From Mobula birostris (taxonomy: Eukaryota), in NCBI RefSeq assembly GCF_030028105.1, contig NC_092378.1:109667731-109731730 (forward strand): 64,000 bases of DNA. Reading direction: 5' to 3'. Below the pieces are notes generated by a model. The model ran no database searches and was not told the DNA's origin. It saw only the letters and a list, made by a program, of their open reading frames with translations. A program made the translations under genes and the position numbers. Positions 26,004 to 40,221 of the stretch are shown piece by piece. The number at the start of each line of letters is the position of its first letter. Position 1 is the stretch's first letter.

Positions 26004-26837
26004 CACTCAGGGCCACTTTATTAGGTACCCCTGTGCATTACTCGTTAATGCAAATATCAAATTAGCCAATCATGTGGCAGCAACTCAGTGCATAAAAGCG
26101 TGCAGACATGGTCAAGGGGTTCAGTTGTTGTTCAGATCAAACATCAGAATGGTGAAGAAATATGATCCAATATGAATATCTCAGAAATTGCTGATTTCTT
26201 AGGATTTTCTCTAGACTATATAGAAAATAAGAAAGGGAGAAGGCTCAGGAGCTTGAAGACTCGTATGGCTAGATTTGGGAACAGCTTCCTTCCAACTGTG
26301 ATAAGACTGCTGAACGGATCCTGACCCAGATCTGGGCCATACCCTCCAAATATCCAGACCTGCCTCTCGGTTTTTTTTTGCACTACCTTACTTTCCATGT
26401 TTCTATTTTCTATTTATGATTTATAATTTTAATTTTTAATATTTACTAAATTTTTACTATTTCTAATATTTAATATTTGTAACCCAGGGAGCAGGAAGCA
26501 CAGAATCAAATATCGCTGTGATGATTGTACGTTCTAGTATCAATTGTTTGGTGACAATAAAGTATAAAGTATAGACAGTGTGAAAAACAACAAATAACAT
26601 CCAGTTAGCAGCAGTTCTGTGAGTGAAAATGCCTTGTTAGTGAGAAAAATGGCCAGACTTGTTCAACTTGACAGGAAGGAAACAGTAACACAAGTAACCA
26701 CGCGTTACAACAGAGAACATATGCCCAACACGTTGAACCTTGAATTAGATGAGCCACAGCAATAGATGATCATGAACATACACTCAGTGGCCAGTTTATT
26801 GGATGCTTTCTGTATCTATTAAAGTGGCCACCTAATG
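26004..26837. mobile_element. Non-autonomous Tc1/mariner element with a nested Rex1 3' end
   Basis: ta|cactcagggccactttattagg ... aaagtggccacctaatg|ta, with TA flanks. Confidence 0.75.
26230..26572 (+). mobile_element. Rex1-type LINE 3' end
   Basis: Near-identical (inverted) to 39145-39480; ends in an aataaagtataaagta tail. Confidence 0.85.
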
Positions 26838-26909
26838 TATAGTCTAAACTGACTAATGCTTAATTGCCTCTGAGAGAACCTCTCAGGTTTTGACAGTAGA
26901 TGTTGTTAG

Positions 26910-28340
26910 AGCCATATAGTCAGAGCAATATAATGGATTCAGGCTCTTTGACCCAACCAGTCCATGCTGACAACAGTGCCTACCTAGCTAGTCCCAGTTT
27001 CCTGCATTCAGGCCATATTGTTCTAAACCCCACCCATCCATGTACCTATTCAAGTGCTTCTTAAAGAATACTGGTATCCCTGCTTCAACCACTTCATCTG
27101 GCAGCCTTCTCCATCTACTCACCATCTTCTGCCTGAAGAAGTTCACTTTCAGGTCCCTTTTAAATCTTTCCCCTCTCATCCTAAACCTATCCCTCCTAGC
27201 TTTGGATTCCTCTACCCTAAGGGAAAATGCTGATCTATGCTTCACATGATTTTAAACATTTCTATAAGTTTGAGCCCTGTTCTAAAGGTTCATTGGTTCA
27301 AAGGCACATTTATTATCAAAATATACAACTCCGTAATTCTTCTTCTCCAGATATCCACAAAACCAAGAGAAAAAGAACAGCAATACGACCATCAATCCCC
27401 AAATCTCCTCTCCCCTGCACAAAAAACAAACAAAAAACCGGATAAAACATTGACCCCCCAAACCCCTCTTCCTCTGCACAAAATGCCAGAAGAACATTGA
27501 CCCCCAAATCCCCCTCCCCCAATCAAAAAAATGAACAAAAAGGAACAGGAACATTGATGCCCAAATCCTCCTCCCTGCACAAAAACACAAGAAAGGTCAG
27601 ACAAAAAGACCCCACGGAATATAAAAAACTATAAGACTGAAAAAAGTCCATAGTCCATAGTCCAAATCCATATCCATATCCAAATGGAGAAAAGCTCAGT
27701 AACATGCTCTGGGCACGGTGGCAGGCTACACAGTCTCCCCTCTCTGGCAGCAGAGTGACGCCACCAGCAACCAAAAGGCAGGCAGCTGGCACTCACCTTC
27801 CGCATTCGCCTCCATGTTTCTGTCTCCCTCTTTGCTTTAATCAGCGAACATTGAAAGCCTTAATCAGCAAAGTGGAGTTGAACATCAGCTCGCATCCTCC
27901 CCCCCCACCCCCGCAGCCTCCTCACCACGAGGCCCGCACTCGCTGCCTTTCAGAATCATTTCAGAGTCATTCTCCTACAATCCAAAGTATAAACATCTAA
28001 CCTAGCCAATCTCTTCCTATAACTGAGGCTCTCCAGTCCTGGCGATATCCCTGTGAATCTTTTCTACAGTCTTTCCAGCTGAATTATGTCTTTTCTAGAA
28101 CAGGATGACCAAAACTATGGATGGTGCTCCAAATGCAGACGCACCAATAGCTTGTGCAACTGCAACATAATATCCCAGTTCCTATACTCAGTGCCCTGAC
28201 AGGCAAAAGCCAATATGCTAAATACCATTTTCACCACCCTATCTACCTGTGATCCTGCTTTTATTTAACTATGTACTTGTACTCCTTGGTCCCTCAGTTC
28301 CCTTGCACTACCTAGCGCCCGACCATTTATAGTTCATGTG
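26910..28340 (-). mobile_element. CR1 fragment interrupted by another repeat at ~27290-27980
   Basis: FRMRGERFKRDLKVNFFRQKMV remnant; the inserted part carries ~55-bp tandem units (cattgacccccaaatcc...gcacaaaa). Confidence 0.65.
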
Positions 28341-28404
28341 TAGAATCCTTTAACAATAACTTCAAGTAAAATCTGAACAGAATCCAAAAAGATATGGTAA
28401 CTTA

Positions 28405-28740
28405 TGTCATCATCGTCATCATCATTATGTGCCATGTTGTTTGACGTGGGCGATAACGGTCTACAACTATGATTATTCTTGGCAAGTTCTACAGAAGTGG
28501 CTTGCCATTGCCTTCTTCTTGGCAGTGTCTTCACAAGACAGGTGAACCCAGCCATTATCAATACTCCTCAGAGATTGTCTGCCTGGCGTCGGTGGTCACA
28601 TAACCAGGACTTGTGATATGCACCAGCTGCTCATATGGCCATCCACTTCCTGCTTTCTTGGCTTCATGTGACCCTGATCGGGGCACTAAGCAGGTTCTAC
28701 ACCTTGCCCAAGGGTGACCTGCAGGCTAGTGGAGGAAAGG
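28405..28740 (-). mobile_element. RTE-type LINE/SINE 3' fragment
   Basis: (GAT)n-like tail and the gaaggcaatggcaagccact motif on the minus strand. Confidence 0.55.
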
Positions 28741-28789
28741 AAGTAAGGTACAGGAGGACAACAAGGTGACAAGGTAGATTCTGAGGTCA

Positions 28790-30010
28790 AGAGTCCATCT
28801 TACTGTACAAGAGGTCTATTCAAAGATCTTATAACAGAGAACCAGAAGCTGACCTCGAGCCTGGTGATATGTACTTTCAGGCTTTTGTTTCTTCTGCCTG
28901 ACAGGCGGCGAGAGAAGAGAGAATGTCCAGAGTGGGCCAGTTCTCTGATTATTTTGGTTACTTTGCCAAGGCAGCAAGAAATGAGGTCAGAGTTCTTGGA
29001 GGGGAAGCTGGTTTCTATGATGTGCTGAGCTGTGTCCACAACTCCGTGCAATTTTTTGCGATCCTGGGCAGAACAGTTGCTGTACCAAGCTGAGATGCAT
29101 CCCAGAAAGATGCTTACAAAAGTTGGTGAGGGCCAATAGGAACACGTAGAAATTCACTAGCCTATTGATGAAGCAGAGATATGTGCACTTGCTTAGTGTT
29201 TACACGGTTGGATCAGGACAAGTAATTGCTGATGTTTACGTCTAGGATCTTAACTTTCTCCATCTCAGGACCAATGATGCAAACAGGGGCATGTGCTCCA
29301 CCCCCCTTTCTGAAGTCAATGAACAGCTCCTTTCCTGACACTGAGGGGAAGACTGTTGTTGTGACACCATGCTACTTGGGTCTCTCTCTCCTTCCTGTAC
29401 TCTAACTCATCATTTTTTGAGCTAAGTCTCACTATGGCAGTACTATCTGCAAACTTGTACTTGGAGTTAGAGCATAATCTGGATATCTGGTTGAGAGCGT
29501 ATATGCAATGCAATAGGGAGCTGGGAATGCAGCCTTGTGCGGCACCAGTGTTGTGAATAGACGGGGCGGAGGTTTTGCTGCCTATCCTTACTGATTACAA
29601 TCTGTCGGTCAGGAAGTCAAGGGATCCAGTTACAGGGAGAGGTATTGAGTTCCAGTTCTATGAGTTTGCTTGGAATTACAGTATCAAAGGCAGAGCTGTA
29701 GCCAATAAGCTTTAGTCTGCCACAGGTATTTTTGCTATCCAGATGCTCCGGAGCTGAGTGTAGCACCAGGGAGATGGTGTCACCATGGACCTGTTTTGGT
29801 GGTCGGCAAATTGTTGTCGAGGAGGCTGGAGTCAATGACTATCATGAGAAGCATCTCAAAGCTTTTCATGATAGTGGATATCAGAATGCACTGGATGGTA
29901 GTCATTAAGGCATGTCACCTTATTTTTCTTTGGCACTGGACAATAGCGGTCTTTTAAAGCAGGTCGCAACCTCAGATTAGAGTAGAGAAAGGTTAAAAAC
30001 ATCTTCACAT
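28790..30010 (-). mobile_element. Rex1/Babar RT fragment, decayed
   Basis: YKFADSTAIV, EHLDSKNT...YSSAFDTVIPSKL. Confidence 0.8.
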
Positions 30011-30779
30011 AACATTCCAGTTTACCTGTGCAGAATATATATATATATATATATATATCTTATGGAATTATGTGGGTAGCAGGTATTAATATAAATGAGA
30101 ACAAGTCTTTAAAACTTTCCTATTCAAATGTAAATTATAAGCACTAACCAGTTCTGAAATAAAAATGACAGCTTTGTAAACAATCAGTACTGTGAGCAGA
30201 GCACAGGCTACTGACTCATAGCAGGGAATGCTCAAGAGATGATGGTTTGCAAGAGCATGAGACATTTTCATATGTATCAGCCAAGAGTCAAATTACAGGA
30301 TATGTCAATTGTCCTTTGGTAGATTAGGTATCAGACACCTTCAGATATTTATTTTTCACTATTGTGATTGAGATCAAAGAAGCTTTCAAATCGGACCTAT
30401 TCTGCCACTTAGCACATCAAATGTGGTCATGAGCATAAATTGCTCTGTCAATAATTGTGTGCTGAGAGAAAAAGCCTTCTCAACACTACATTTGATTGCC
30501 TGGTTTCTCTTTTCTCAGAAGCTTTTAGACTATTGATCTGAATTACTTTGTCCCAGCAATGGCGTCCTGTCAGGCATTGTGCTCCCACTGTATGTATGTA
30601 GCTCAGTGGTGCCATTTGTCAGATGTAAACTATTGAAGTAAAGAATGTCACTGTAGCATTTGAAATTGCCTTGAGTTTCCTACTGTAATCTTTATTCTTA
30701 AGAGTTAAAAATGAAGTGTTCAAGATGGGGGCAATTCTGCGGCGAGTGTCTCCAAGGAAAGGCCTGCTTGTCATGATGA

Positions 30780-31965
30780 ATTAAGGCCTTTCACATCCAC
30801 AGCCACAATCTCAAGTGACTCAGTCACATCATGGTCCAATACCATTGGAGTGAAGGATCTTCTATCTTCCATTCATTTTGAAACTGTTTTTCATGTTGCT
30901 AAATTCCTCAGCCAGGAAACATCTTCCCTAGCTCTAGCCTTTCAAGCAGTTTAAGAATTGCGTCATTTTGATGAAATTTCCTCTTATTCTTCTAAATACA
31001 GTTTCTGTCTACTTAATGTCTTTTAAATAAAAATCTACTCTTGCTGGAACCAAGTAAGTGATCTATTGCTGTGCTCCGACAGTGGCAAGGATATCCTTCT
31101 TTAGATAAAGAGACCAAAACTGTACATATTCTCCGGATGCAGCCCTTCCTTACTCTGCTATTAAACTCCTTTTGTAATAATGACTATCATAGCATTTGCC
31201 TTCTTAATCACTCAGTGTATCTGCAGCTTGGTCTTTAACATAGTCAAGTACACCGAGATTCCTTTGAACATTAACACTACCCAATCTCCCACCATTTATC
31301 AAATACACTATTTTTCTGTCACCTGCATCAAAGTGGCGATCCTCTCATTTTCCAACATGGTATCACTTTTACCTGCTTCTCCCACTCACTTAATTTTTTC
31401 ATGCCCCTTGGCATGTTTTTACATCCTGCTCTGTACTCACCACCTCACCTGGCTGCTATAGATTGTGAAAAGCTGGCGCTCAAGCACTAATCCCTGCATT
31501 ACCCTGTTAGGCACAGCCTATCAAAATTTGAAAAATCTATTCATTGCAATTCTTTGCTTTTTGTTCAATACCAATTCTCCATCCAGCTAAGTACAAAGCC
31601 TCTAATTTCATTTGTACAAAATTGTTGGTCAATCTCTGAGTGAGATTTTATTGAACTTTTTCCAAAAAATACAAATACACCACTTCTGTTATTTCCCCAT
31701 TTTACCTATTTCACATATCATATCCTCAAAGAGCTCCACCAGACTAACCAAACATATTTTTCTCTCATAAATCCACTTTGGCTCTGTTCAATCCTATTAT
31801 TCTTTTCATTACCACGGATATTAGGCTAATGGGATGGTAGTTCCCTGTTTTCCTGCTTGCTCCTTTCTTAAATAGTAGGCTCACATTAGCCACCCTCCAA
31901 CTCTCAGGAGAAATTCCAGAACTTAGAGAATATTGCAAGACTGTTGCAACTGCTTTGGAGAAAGA
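30780..31965 (-). mobile_element. Decayed CR1 ORF2
   Basis: PESWRVANVSLLFKKG...GNYHPISLISV. Confidence 0.75.
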
Positions 31966-34900
31966 AGAAACCATTCTACTGCTCTTCGTTCCACATTGTC
32001 ACATCCCTTGCCCTCAGTGACCTCCAGGAATCCTTTATATATGGTTGTTTAGGCCGCTTTTAAACAGGACCTTGAACATGGCCATGCTGGAAGGCACCTC
32101 ATTCAATTATGTATTCAATCTTACAAAGGGTAAGATTGTCCACTTTCACAGCAGGCCCAAGGTGCCTACGTTAGAGCTTTAACCAATGGGTGCCTGTTTT
32201 GTGCTGCAAAAATATCCACAGCATTAGATTTCTTTTGCTGACCCAGGGGACTGCAGGTGCTGGAAGCTGGCGCAACAAGCAATCTTGATTTGGAGGAACT
32301 TTGATTGAAAATTTCATTTCCCCTCCCTCACAGATGCTGCTTGAGTGTTTTATGTTCCATGTTTGTAAAACAATGCTGCCACCTGTTGGTTAAGACTGAA
32401 TATAGAAAAGTAATTAATTAACCTAAAGTTACCTGGATCATGACTGTTAACTGAACTAAGGAGCACAAAATAAAAAAAACTGGACACTATATACAAGAGG
32501 ATATGGGCATGAGGAAAAACATTTCTATGCTAAGAGTAGTTTTGATGTGCAACTCATTGCCGATGAGTGTGGCAGAAACAGAGTGTATCAGAGGCAAAAG
32601 GAAATCAAGTTGTAGGGTAATGGGAAGAGAACAGAGGACTGGAGTTGACCAGCTTTCTCTACAAAGAATCTTATGATTCTGTGAAACAATGAGATACCAG
32701 TAGAAAAGATTACGGCAATCTGAATGGCAATTAGTAAGGAAGAGAACAGCAAAATAAAAATTAATGACTGAGCTATCACACAAACTGAAGCAGCTGTCGA
32801 TGAAATTTGTAATTAAGATAAGCTGCACATAAATCTTCATCTCAAGATCCAAAATGGTCACTGCTTGGAAGGATTCGTTCAGCTTGTCTGGTTTACATTG
32901 GTTCCTTGTAAGGGAAACCTATTTAGTCACACTCTGCTGCTCTTTCCATAGCTCTGCAAACTCTTTCCTTTCAGATACAGATCCAGTTCCTTCATGAATG
33001 CTACAAATGTATCTTGCTACCCTAACAGTGTGTTCCAGACATAAAATATTAGGAAATAGAAGCTATTGTGCCTGTTCTATCATAGCATAGTGATATAGCA
33101 GTTCGTGCAACACTACCACGGCGCTAGTGACCCAGATTCACTCCCTGTGAGGTACTTGTACAATCTATCTGTGATGGGTGCTGTGGTTTCCTCCCACATT
33201 CAAAAGTAGCTTATCTGGTTACATGGGTGTAATTAGATGGGGCAGGCTTATTGGCCAGGAAGAGCCTATTAACATGTTGTACCTCCATATAAAAATAAAA
33301 TTAACTAGATCATGGCTCATCCTTTAGGGCTACTATAATGGTCAAGCCCTATATGCTTTGATTCCTTTAAAAGCTAAAAATCCATTGAACTAAGTCTTGA
33401 GTATACTCAGTGGTGGAAGCACCACAACCCTCTGGAATTATGTTCTTGTGTCTCAGGTTTCACTGTTCTAAATTTATTGCACAAGTCCTGCCCTGGTTTA
33501 ACTTCCCAAAATAAAACTGTTCACACTTGCCTGAATTAAATACTACCTGCCATTCTTGGGTCAACTTTTTGAGTCATTCTCGATCCCATAGTAACCTTAT
33601 ACCACTAATTTTGGTGTCATTCACAAACTTACTAGCCATGGCAACTACATTGTCTGCCAAATTGTTAATATAGAATCAAAGGACGATAGTGGACCCTGCC
33701 CTGGTCCCTTTGCTCTCTGTTTCTAAGAGCAAAGTAAAAGGAAAACAGACAGGATGCTTTCTGAAATAAGAGAAAACCTGCAGATGCTAGAAATCCAAAC
33801 AATATCGACTATACTCTTTTCCATAGATGGTGCCTGGCCTGCTGAGTTCCTCCAGCATTTTATGAGACTGCTTGCTGAATTGTATTTAGAAAAGGAAATG
33901 TCACCAGCAGTGAAGACATTCTACTGCAATGTGAGAGATCTGAAGTTAAAATGATTATGCTTTATCAAAAGACAATTTCTAAAACTCATACTTATTTTAC
34001 AGAATAAACATAAAATCCATTTATAGACAAATTCACAACCATGGTTCACATTTGCCTGTCTGAATTTAATTGAATTTTGCTTCAGCTTGTGAACCAGATA
34101 ACTTTATACACTACGCATTTACAGTGCAACTATCAGTGGTATCTAGCCAGATGTTTGTCCCCAACTGTAATACATCTGCCGACAGGTGGACAACTAATGT
34201 TTATAGGTAACATGGTTCCTTACGCCGCCGTGTGGTTCAAGAGATGCAGACTAATCTCTGATTGAAACTGTGTGCAAAACCACCTTGGATAGTTACTGCC
34301 AAATGGACACATCACTGGCCAATTGCTTTTACAATGGAACTGGGAGAACTGCTATTCTGTTGATATCTAATTTTGATTATCCTAATCTTAAACCTTTGCA
34401 AATGTACCTGTCTGAAAACAGAGACAGTACTCAGTACACACATAGTTAACAGAGCCTGTTGTAAAGTGCATTAACTCATCATTGGTACTACTAGTTTAAA
34501 TATTTCTTCCATATAAATTTCACTATGGAATATATTTCCTATTCCAGTCTCTTATGACATCGATTACAACCATAAAATAATAGATTTAAACTTAGTTTTT
34601 ATTTCTAATTACATTTCACAAAGCTAACTGCAATGAAATACTAAGTGGCTGAGACAAATAGCATTTAAATCAATCCATCATGAAAGAAAAGAGACAAATT
34701 GGACTTTTATACAATTAGTTCCCATAATTTGAACAGAGTGATTGTCTTTTTGTACTGATTGCAGTCATATACAGCAACTTGCTGCTTAATGTGTGCACAA
34801 TTGAATGAGCAAAAAATAGCAAAAGAAAAATCAGAGTAAGTTTAACCTTCTAAAACACCCATGGCACTGTCCAGCAATATGGTTGCTTAATAGGACTAAA

Positions 34901-35234
34901 GGAAGTGCTTACTTTATTAAATAGATGGATAAGTATTTTCAGGATCTGTCAATTGCAGAGAATATGGTGTTAGTAATTCATCCATTGCTATGGGATGCAT
35001 ATTGAAGAAACATAAAAATAATTGGTTTCATTGAATGTACTCCTGACTCCTTGATGTTTTAAAATTGATTTTAGCATGGATTTATGTCTGTAATAGTCTG
35101 AGCAAAAAGTTATTGTTGCTTTGGAGAATATCCGGAAGAACAATGAACTTTTATGGTGAGTTTCATGAAATCGTTTTTATCATCCACAGCCATTTATTAT
35201 AGATGAGATTCTAATGCATATCAAATAAAAGCCA

Positions 35235-35620
35235 ACAAGCGATTCTGCAGGTGCTGGAAATCTTCAGCACACAAAATGCTGGAGGGACTCAGCAGATCAG
35301 GCAGCATGAATGGAACTGAGTAAACAGTTAACATTATCCTCTCTCCTCACCTGCCTATCACCTCCCTCCTGATACCCCTCCCCCTGCCCTTTCTTCTATG
35401 GTCCACTGTCTTTTCCTAATAGATTCCTTCTTCTTCAGTACTTTACCTCTTCCATCTATCAGCTCCCAGCTTTTTCATCCCTCCTTCCCCCACCTTCTTA
35501 TACTGGCTTCTGCCACTTTTATTTCCAGTATTCAAGAAGGGTTCTGGCCCAAAATGCCGACTGTTTATTCCCCCCATAAGTGTTGCCTGCTTGAGTACCT
35601 CCAGCATTTTATGAGTATTG
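35235..35620. mobile_element. Penelope-derived fragment with inverted ends
   Basis: ctgcaggtgctggaaatc...aaaatgctggagggactcagcag, then a plus-strand pLTR with a decayed hammerhead ending tgagtacctccagcatttt. Confidence 0.65.
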
Positions 35621-37887
35621 AAGGAGATCTTGGACCTGAGAACTTGGACAAAATGTGAAGTTTTAAAGAAAGTGTTAAAAAAAAGGCAGCAAAGTTTAAA
35701 GCGGGGTCCAGGAAATCGAAGCAAATCACCAAAGTAAATGCAAGGGAAGAGTGGACATTTCAACTATTGACCGCTTACTGGATGGACCACCGAGTTCTTG
35801 GAGATACAGAGGAGTTAGAAAAAAGGCAAATGTGTAAAGTGAGAATGAAATGATAATATTAGTATGTTTGTGGGCCTCAATCAAAATAGATCAGTGAGTC
35901 TAAAGTGTTGAGAGGGAAAATAAATCAGCCATTGTTGAATGGTGGAGCAGATTTGATGGGCTAAATGACCTAATTCTGCTGATATAGCTTTTAGTTTTGT
36001 GGTCTAGCACACAACACAAGGCATCAGTGCTCTTTGCCCTTCTATATGATTCTGTCTCATAGACTACTAACAGCAGGAATTTGACACACTGGATACATAA
36101 ACTGATGCTGCCTCCCAAAAATTCCTTCAAACTGACTGAAAGTATAAGTAATCGATATTAGCATCTTCTTTCAGGTCAACATCCCAGCACTGTGCACCGA
36201 TTATACTCTGTTGACATCAACGGCTGGACCACGTTGTTTGAAAGCCTGACTCCTGGACGCAGACACTCTATTCTGATTTCTGTCACTGGAAGTGGTTACC
36301 GGTAGATGGAGGAAAAGGTTGAAAAGGTTGAAAAGGTTCAATGCTCTGCTGAAAGTGCCCCTAAGAAATGAATTATTCCCACTGACTTCTGGAAATCTCT
36401 GGCTCATGACTACTCAAAGAAGGGTGGCGTTCCAAACCTCAAGTCTGTGTATTAGGAGCACATGGAAGCTCCACATAAATGATGGAAGGTACACACCACT
36501 TCACAGACTACCCACCAAATCACCTTTCTCCTATTCTTTTGGTGGAAGAGCCTGTGGTTCTTATGTCAGCCTCAGTCACGTTAGAATCCAAAAGCCTGAA
36601 TGGGGCGAGTCATCCTTGGTCCTGACAGAATCCTCATAACTATGAGATAGCCATTTTCTTCCATCAATTGCATTTAGAACTGAACATGGAATTGTTCAGA
36701 GATGCTGCATTACCTGCTGAACTCCTCCAGTATTTTCTCTTTCATTCCATATTGATACCATACAGCATTTTAGTTTTATGTTACCTGTTGATATATCTGA
36801 TTATTTTTCCTAACCTGAAACACTTACCGCAAAGGAAATGGTTATTAGATTATGAAGACACGCAGTCCTCTTTTATTGTCATTTAGTAATGCATGCATTA
36901 AGAAATGATACAATATTTCACACCACTTTGAAGGAGTACTCATTTTCTTTTTTAGGTATTAAATTGCTTCAGACTAGATAAAAGCAAAGTTTCATTCCTA
37001 GCTTGGGGACATTCAATCGTTCATTGGAAGTCAATGACCATATTGTTTTTGAGGCACTTTCTCTATTTTCTGTCCTGTGGCAGGAAACTAAATGATCAGA
37101 GAGTTTCTAACAGGAATGGGAGGGTGAGGGCATTGAAACAACAGGATCCTCCAGCCTTGGTGAATTTGATCTGCTATTCAATAAGCTTATGGTGCAGGAA
37201 GAAGCCTTTCAGCCCATCCTATGCATGCCAACCATCAGTACCTACCTATAGTAACCTCATTTACCAGCAGCTGGCCCATAATCTTCTCAGCTTTGTTATT
37301 CTAGTACTCACCCAGATACTTCAAAGCTCAAGTTGAGCTTATTGACATATGCACAAGTGTATGTTGCAAGGAGCAATGAAGAGCCTACTTGAGGCAGCAG
37401 CACAGACACCTAGCATTAGAGGCACAACATTCACAAGGGAAGCATACTTTGTACGTTAATTATACAAGAAAAACGCTAGTGGAACAAAAATAACAAAGTG
37501 CAAAGTGGTCACATTGTCGCTATGCTGAGATTGTGCAGAATCTAGGATTGTGCAGGTTGGTTCGAGAACTGAAGGGATTTAGCTGTTCTAGAACCCTTCA
37601 TTGTGGAGCTTCAGGTTTCTGTCCCTCCTACATGATGGCAGCTGAGAGAAGGTGGCAAGGACCAGAGAGTGGAGACGCTTAATGACAGATGACGATAGAC
37701 CTTTAAGTATTACTGGAGTTGGTGCCTCTACCACATTGCCAGATGGTGAGTTCTAGCAATTGCAACCACCCTCTCGATGAAAAAATGCCTTCATCTAATT
37801 TCTTCCTGATCATCTTAAACCTCTGATCCTTGGCTCTAGGCGGACGACGAGATTATTACTTTCCACCCGAACCATGTCCCTCATAAA

Positions 37888-38195
37888 GGTGTCACAGTAG
37901 TGTAGTGGTCAGCACAATTCTATTACAGCTTGGGGCACCAGAGTTCAGGATACAGTTCTGGCGGCCCCTGTAAGGAGTCCTTGTACCTCCGCCCCGGGGA
38001 ATGCGTGGGTATTCCCCGAGTCCTTCGGTTTCCTCCCACAGTCCAAAGGTGTCCTGGGTAGGTTAAGTGGTCATTGTAAATTGCCCTGTGATTGGGTTAG
38101 GTTTGAAGTCGGGTTGTCAGGGGTTGCTGGAGTAGCAAGGTTTGGAGGGGCACAACAGCCCATTCTGTGCTGGATCCCTAAGTAAAATAAAAATT
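37888..38195 (+). mobile_element. tRNA-derived V-SINE
   Basis: A-box-like agtagtgtagtggtcagc, V-domain ggtttcctcccacagtccaaag, and an A-rich tail. Confidence 0.75.
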
Positions 38196-39144
38196 TTATA
38201 TGCCTCTGTCAACCACTACCCCACCCCCTCACTGGTTCTGCTCCAAGAAAAACAAACCCATTCTATTTAATCTATCCTCATCATCAAAATGTTCCTGCTC
38301 TGGAAGTAAATTGGTGAATCTTGGTGACAAATAGAACTGAACACAGTACTCCAGTTGTGACTTAACGGAAGTTTTATCACCACCTCCATGGTTTATAGTC
38401 CATGGCCCAGATATTTGACAGCTGTGGTAGGGATTGAGTGTTATCACCTCCTGCAAAGTAAAACTGAGCAACATATGTGGCAGCAAAGTTTCGATCCTAG
38501 ATGAGAACGCTTTTTATGCTTGCTTTGTCCAACAAAATATGGAGGTGCCTTCATGAACTCCCACAACCCCTGATAACCCTGTGATTTCAGTCATTGAGTC
38601 TGACATGACAGCACTCTTCAGGAGGGTGAAGTCACAGAAAACATCCGGCCGAGATGGTGTAATGGCCAAGTACCAAGGACCTGTGCTAATCAACTGGCTG
38701 GAGTGTTTACTGAGATCTTTAACCTCACACTTAGGCAGTTTGAGGTACCCATCTGCTTCAAACAGGATTCAATCAGACCGGTACCAAGACTACGACTACT
38801 ACATCGACTCAGGCCTAGGGGGCCGGCGTTGGGCAAATAAGGTAAGGCATAAGGCATAAAGGTGCCAAGAAGAATGTGGTAACCTGCCTCAAAGACTGTG
38901 ATGAAGTGCTTTGAGAAGCTGGTGATGAAACACATCAAATCGTGCCAAAGGAGCGACCTGGATCCACTCCAATCTGCCTGCCATCACAACAGGTCCACAG
39001 CAGATGCCTTTTCATTGGCTCTTCACTCAGCCCTGGAACATCTGGACAGCAAAGATGCATACATCAGGACGTTCTTTGTTGACTGCAGCTCTGCATTCAA
39101 CACCATCATCACCACAAAACTAAACAATAATCTCCCAAGACCTT

Positions 39145-40135
39145 TACTTTATACTTTATTGTCGCCAAACAATTGATACTAGAACGTACAATCATCACAG
39201 CGATATTTGATTCTGCGCTTCCCACTCCCTGGATTACAAATATTAAATATTAAAAATAGTAAAAATGAGTGAATATTAAAAAGTTAAATTATAAATCATA
39301 AATAGAAAATAGAAAAATGGAAAGTAAGGTAGTGTAAAAAAAACCGAGAGGCAGGTCCGGATATTTGGAGGGTATGGCCCAGATCCAGGTCAGGATCCGT
39401 TCAGCAGTCTTATCACAGTTGGAAAGAGGCTGTTCCCAAATCTGGCAGTACGAGTCTTCAAGCTCCTGAGCCTTCTCCCGGAGGGAAGAGGGATGAAAAG
39501 TGTGTTGGTTGGGTGGGTCGTGTCCTTGATTATCCTGGCAGCACTGCTCCGACAGCGTGAGGTGTAAAGTGAGTTAAGGATGGAAGATCGGTTTGTATGA
39601 TGTGCTGGCCGTGTTCACGATCTTCTGCAGCTTCTTCCGGTCTTGGACAGGACAGCTTCCATACCAGGTTGTGATGCACCCTAGAAGAAGGCTTTCTACG
39701 ATGCATCTATAAAAATTAGTGAGGGTTTTAGGGGACAGGCCATTTAGTTTTCTCAGGAAGTAAAGGCACTGGTGGGCCTTCTTGGCAGTGAACTCTGCTT
39801 GGTTGGACCAAGTCAGGTCATTTGTGATATTGACCCCGAGGAACTTAAAGCTTTTGACTTGTTCCAGTTGCACACCACCGATGTAAATTGGGTTGTGTGA
39901 TCCGCTACTCCTTCGGAAGTCAACAACCAATTCCTTCGTCCTGCTGACGTTGAGGGATAGGTTATTGTCTTTGCACCATGCCACCAGGTTCTTAATTTCC
40001 TCTCTGTACTCAAACTCATCATTACCCGAGATACGGCCTACAATTGTTGTGTCATCAGCAAACTTATATATTGAGTCTGATGGAAACTTGGCTACACAAT
40101 CACGGGTGTACAGTGAGTACAGCAGGGGGCTGAAT
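39145..40135 (-). mobile_element. Younger Rex1 LINE 3' portion inserted antisense into an older Rex1
   Basis: AWCKDNNLSLNVSRTKELVVDFRR...FKFLGVNIT...CITTWYG, with a 3' tail. Confidence 0.88.
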
Positions 40136-40221
40136 ATACCTAAGCCTCAATACCCCTGTGTGCAACTGGATCTTTGATTTCCTCACTTGCCGATTCCAGG
40201 CAGTTTGGATTGGCAACAACA

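Noticed and set aside
30035-30058. (AT)n microsatellite and other short simple repeats
   Set aside because: Ordinary low-complexity sequence with no further structure.
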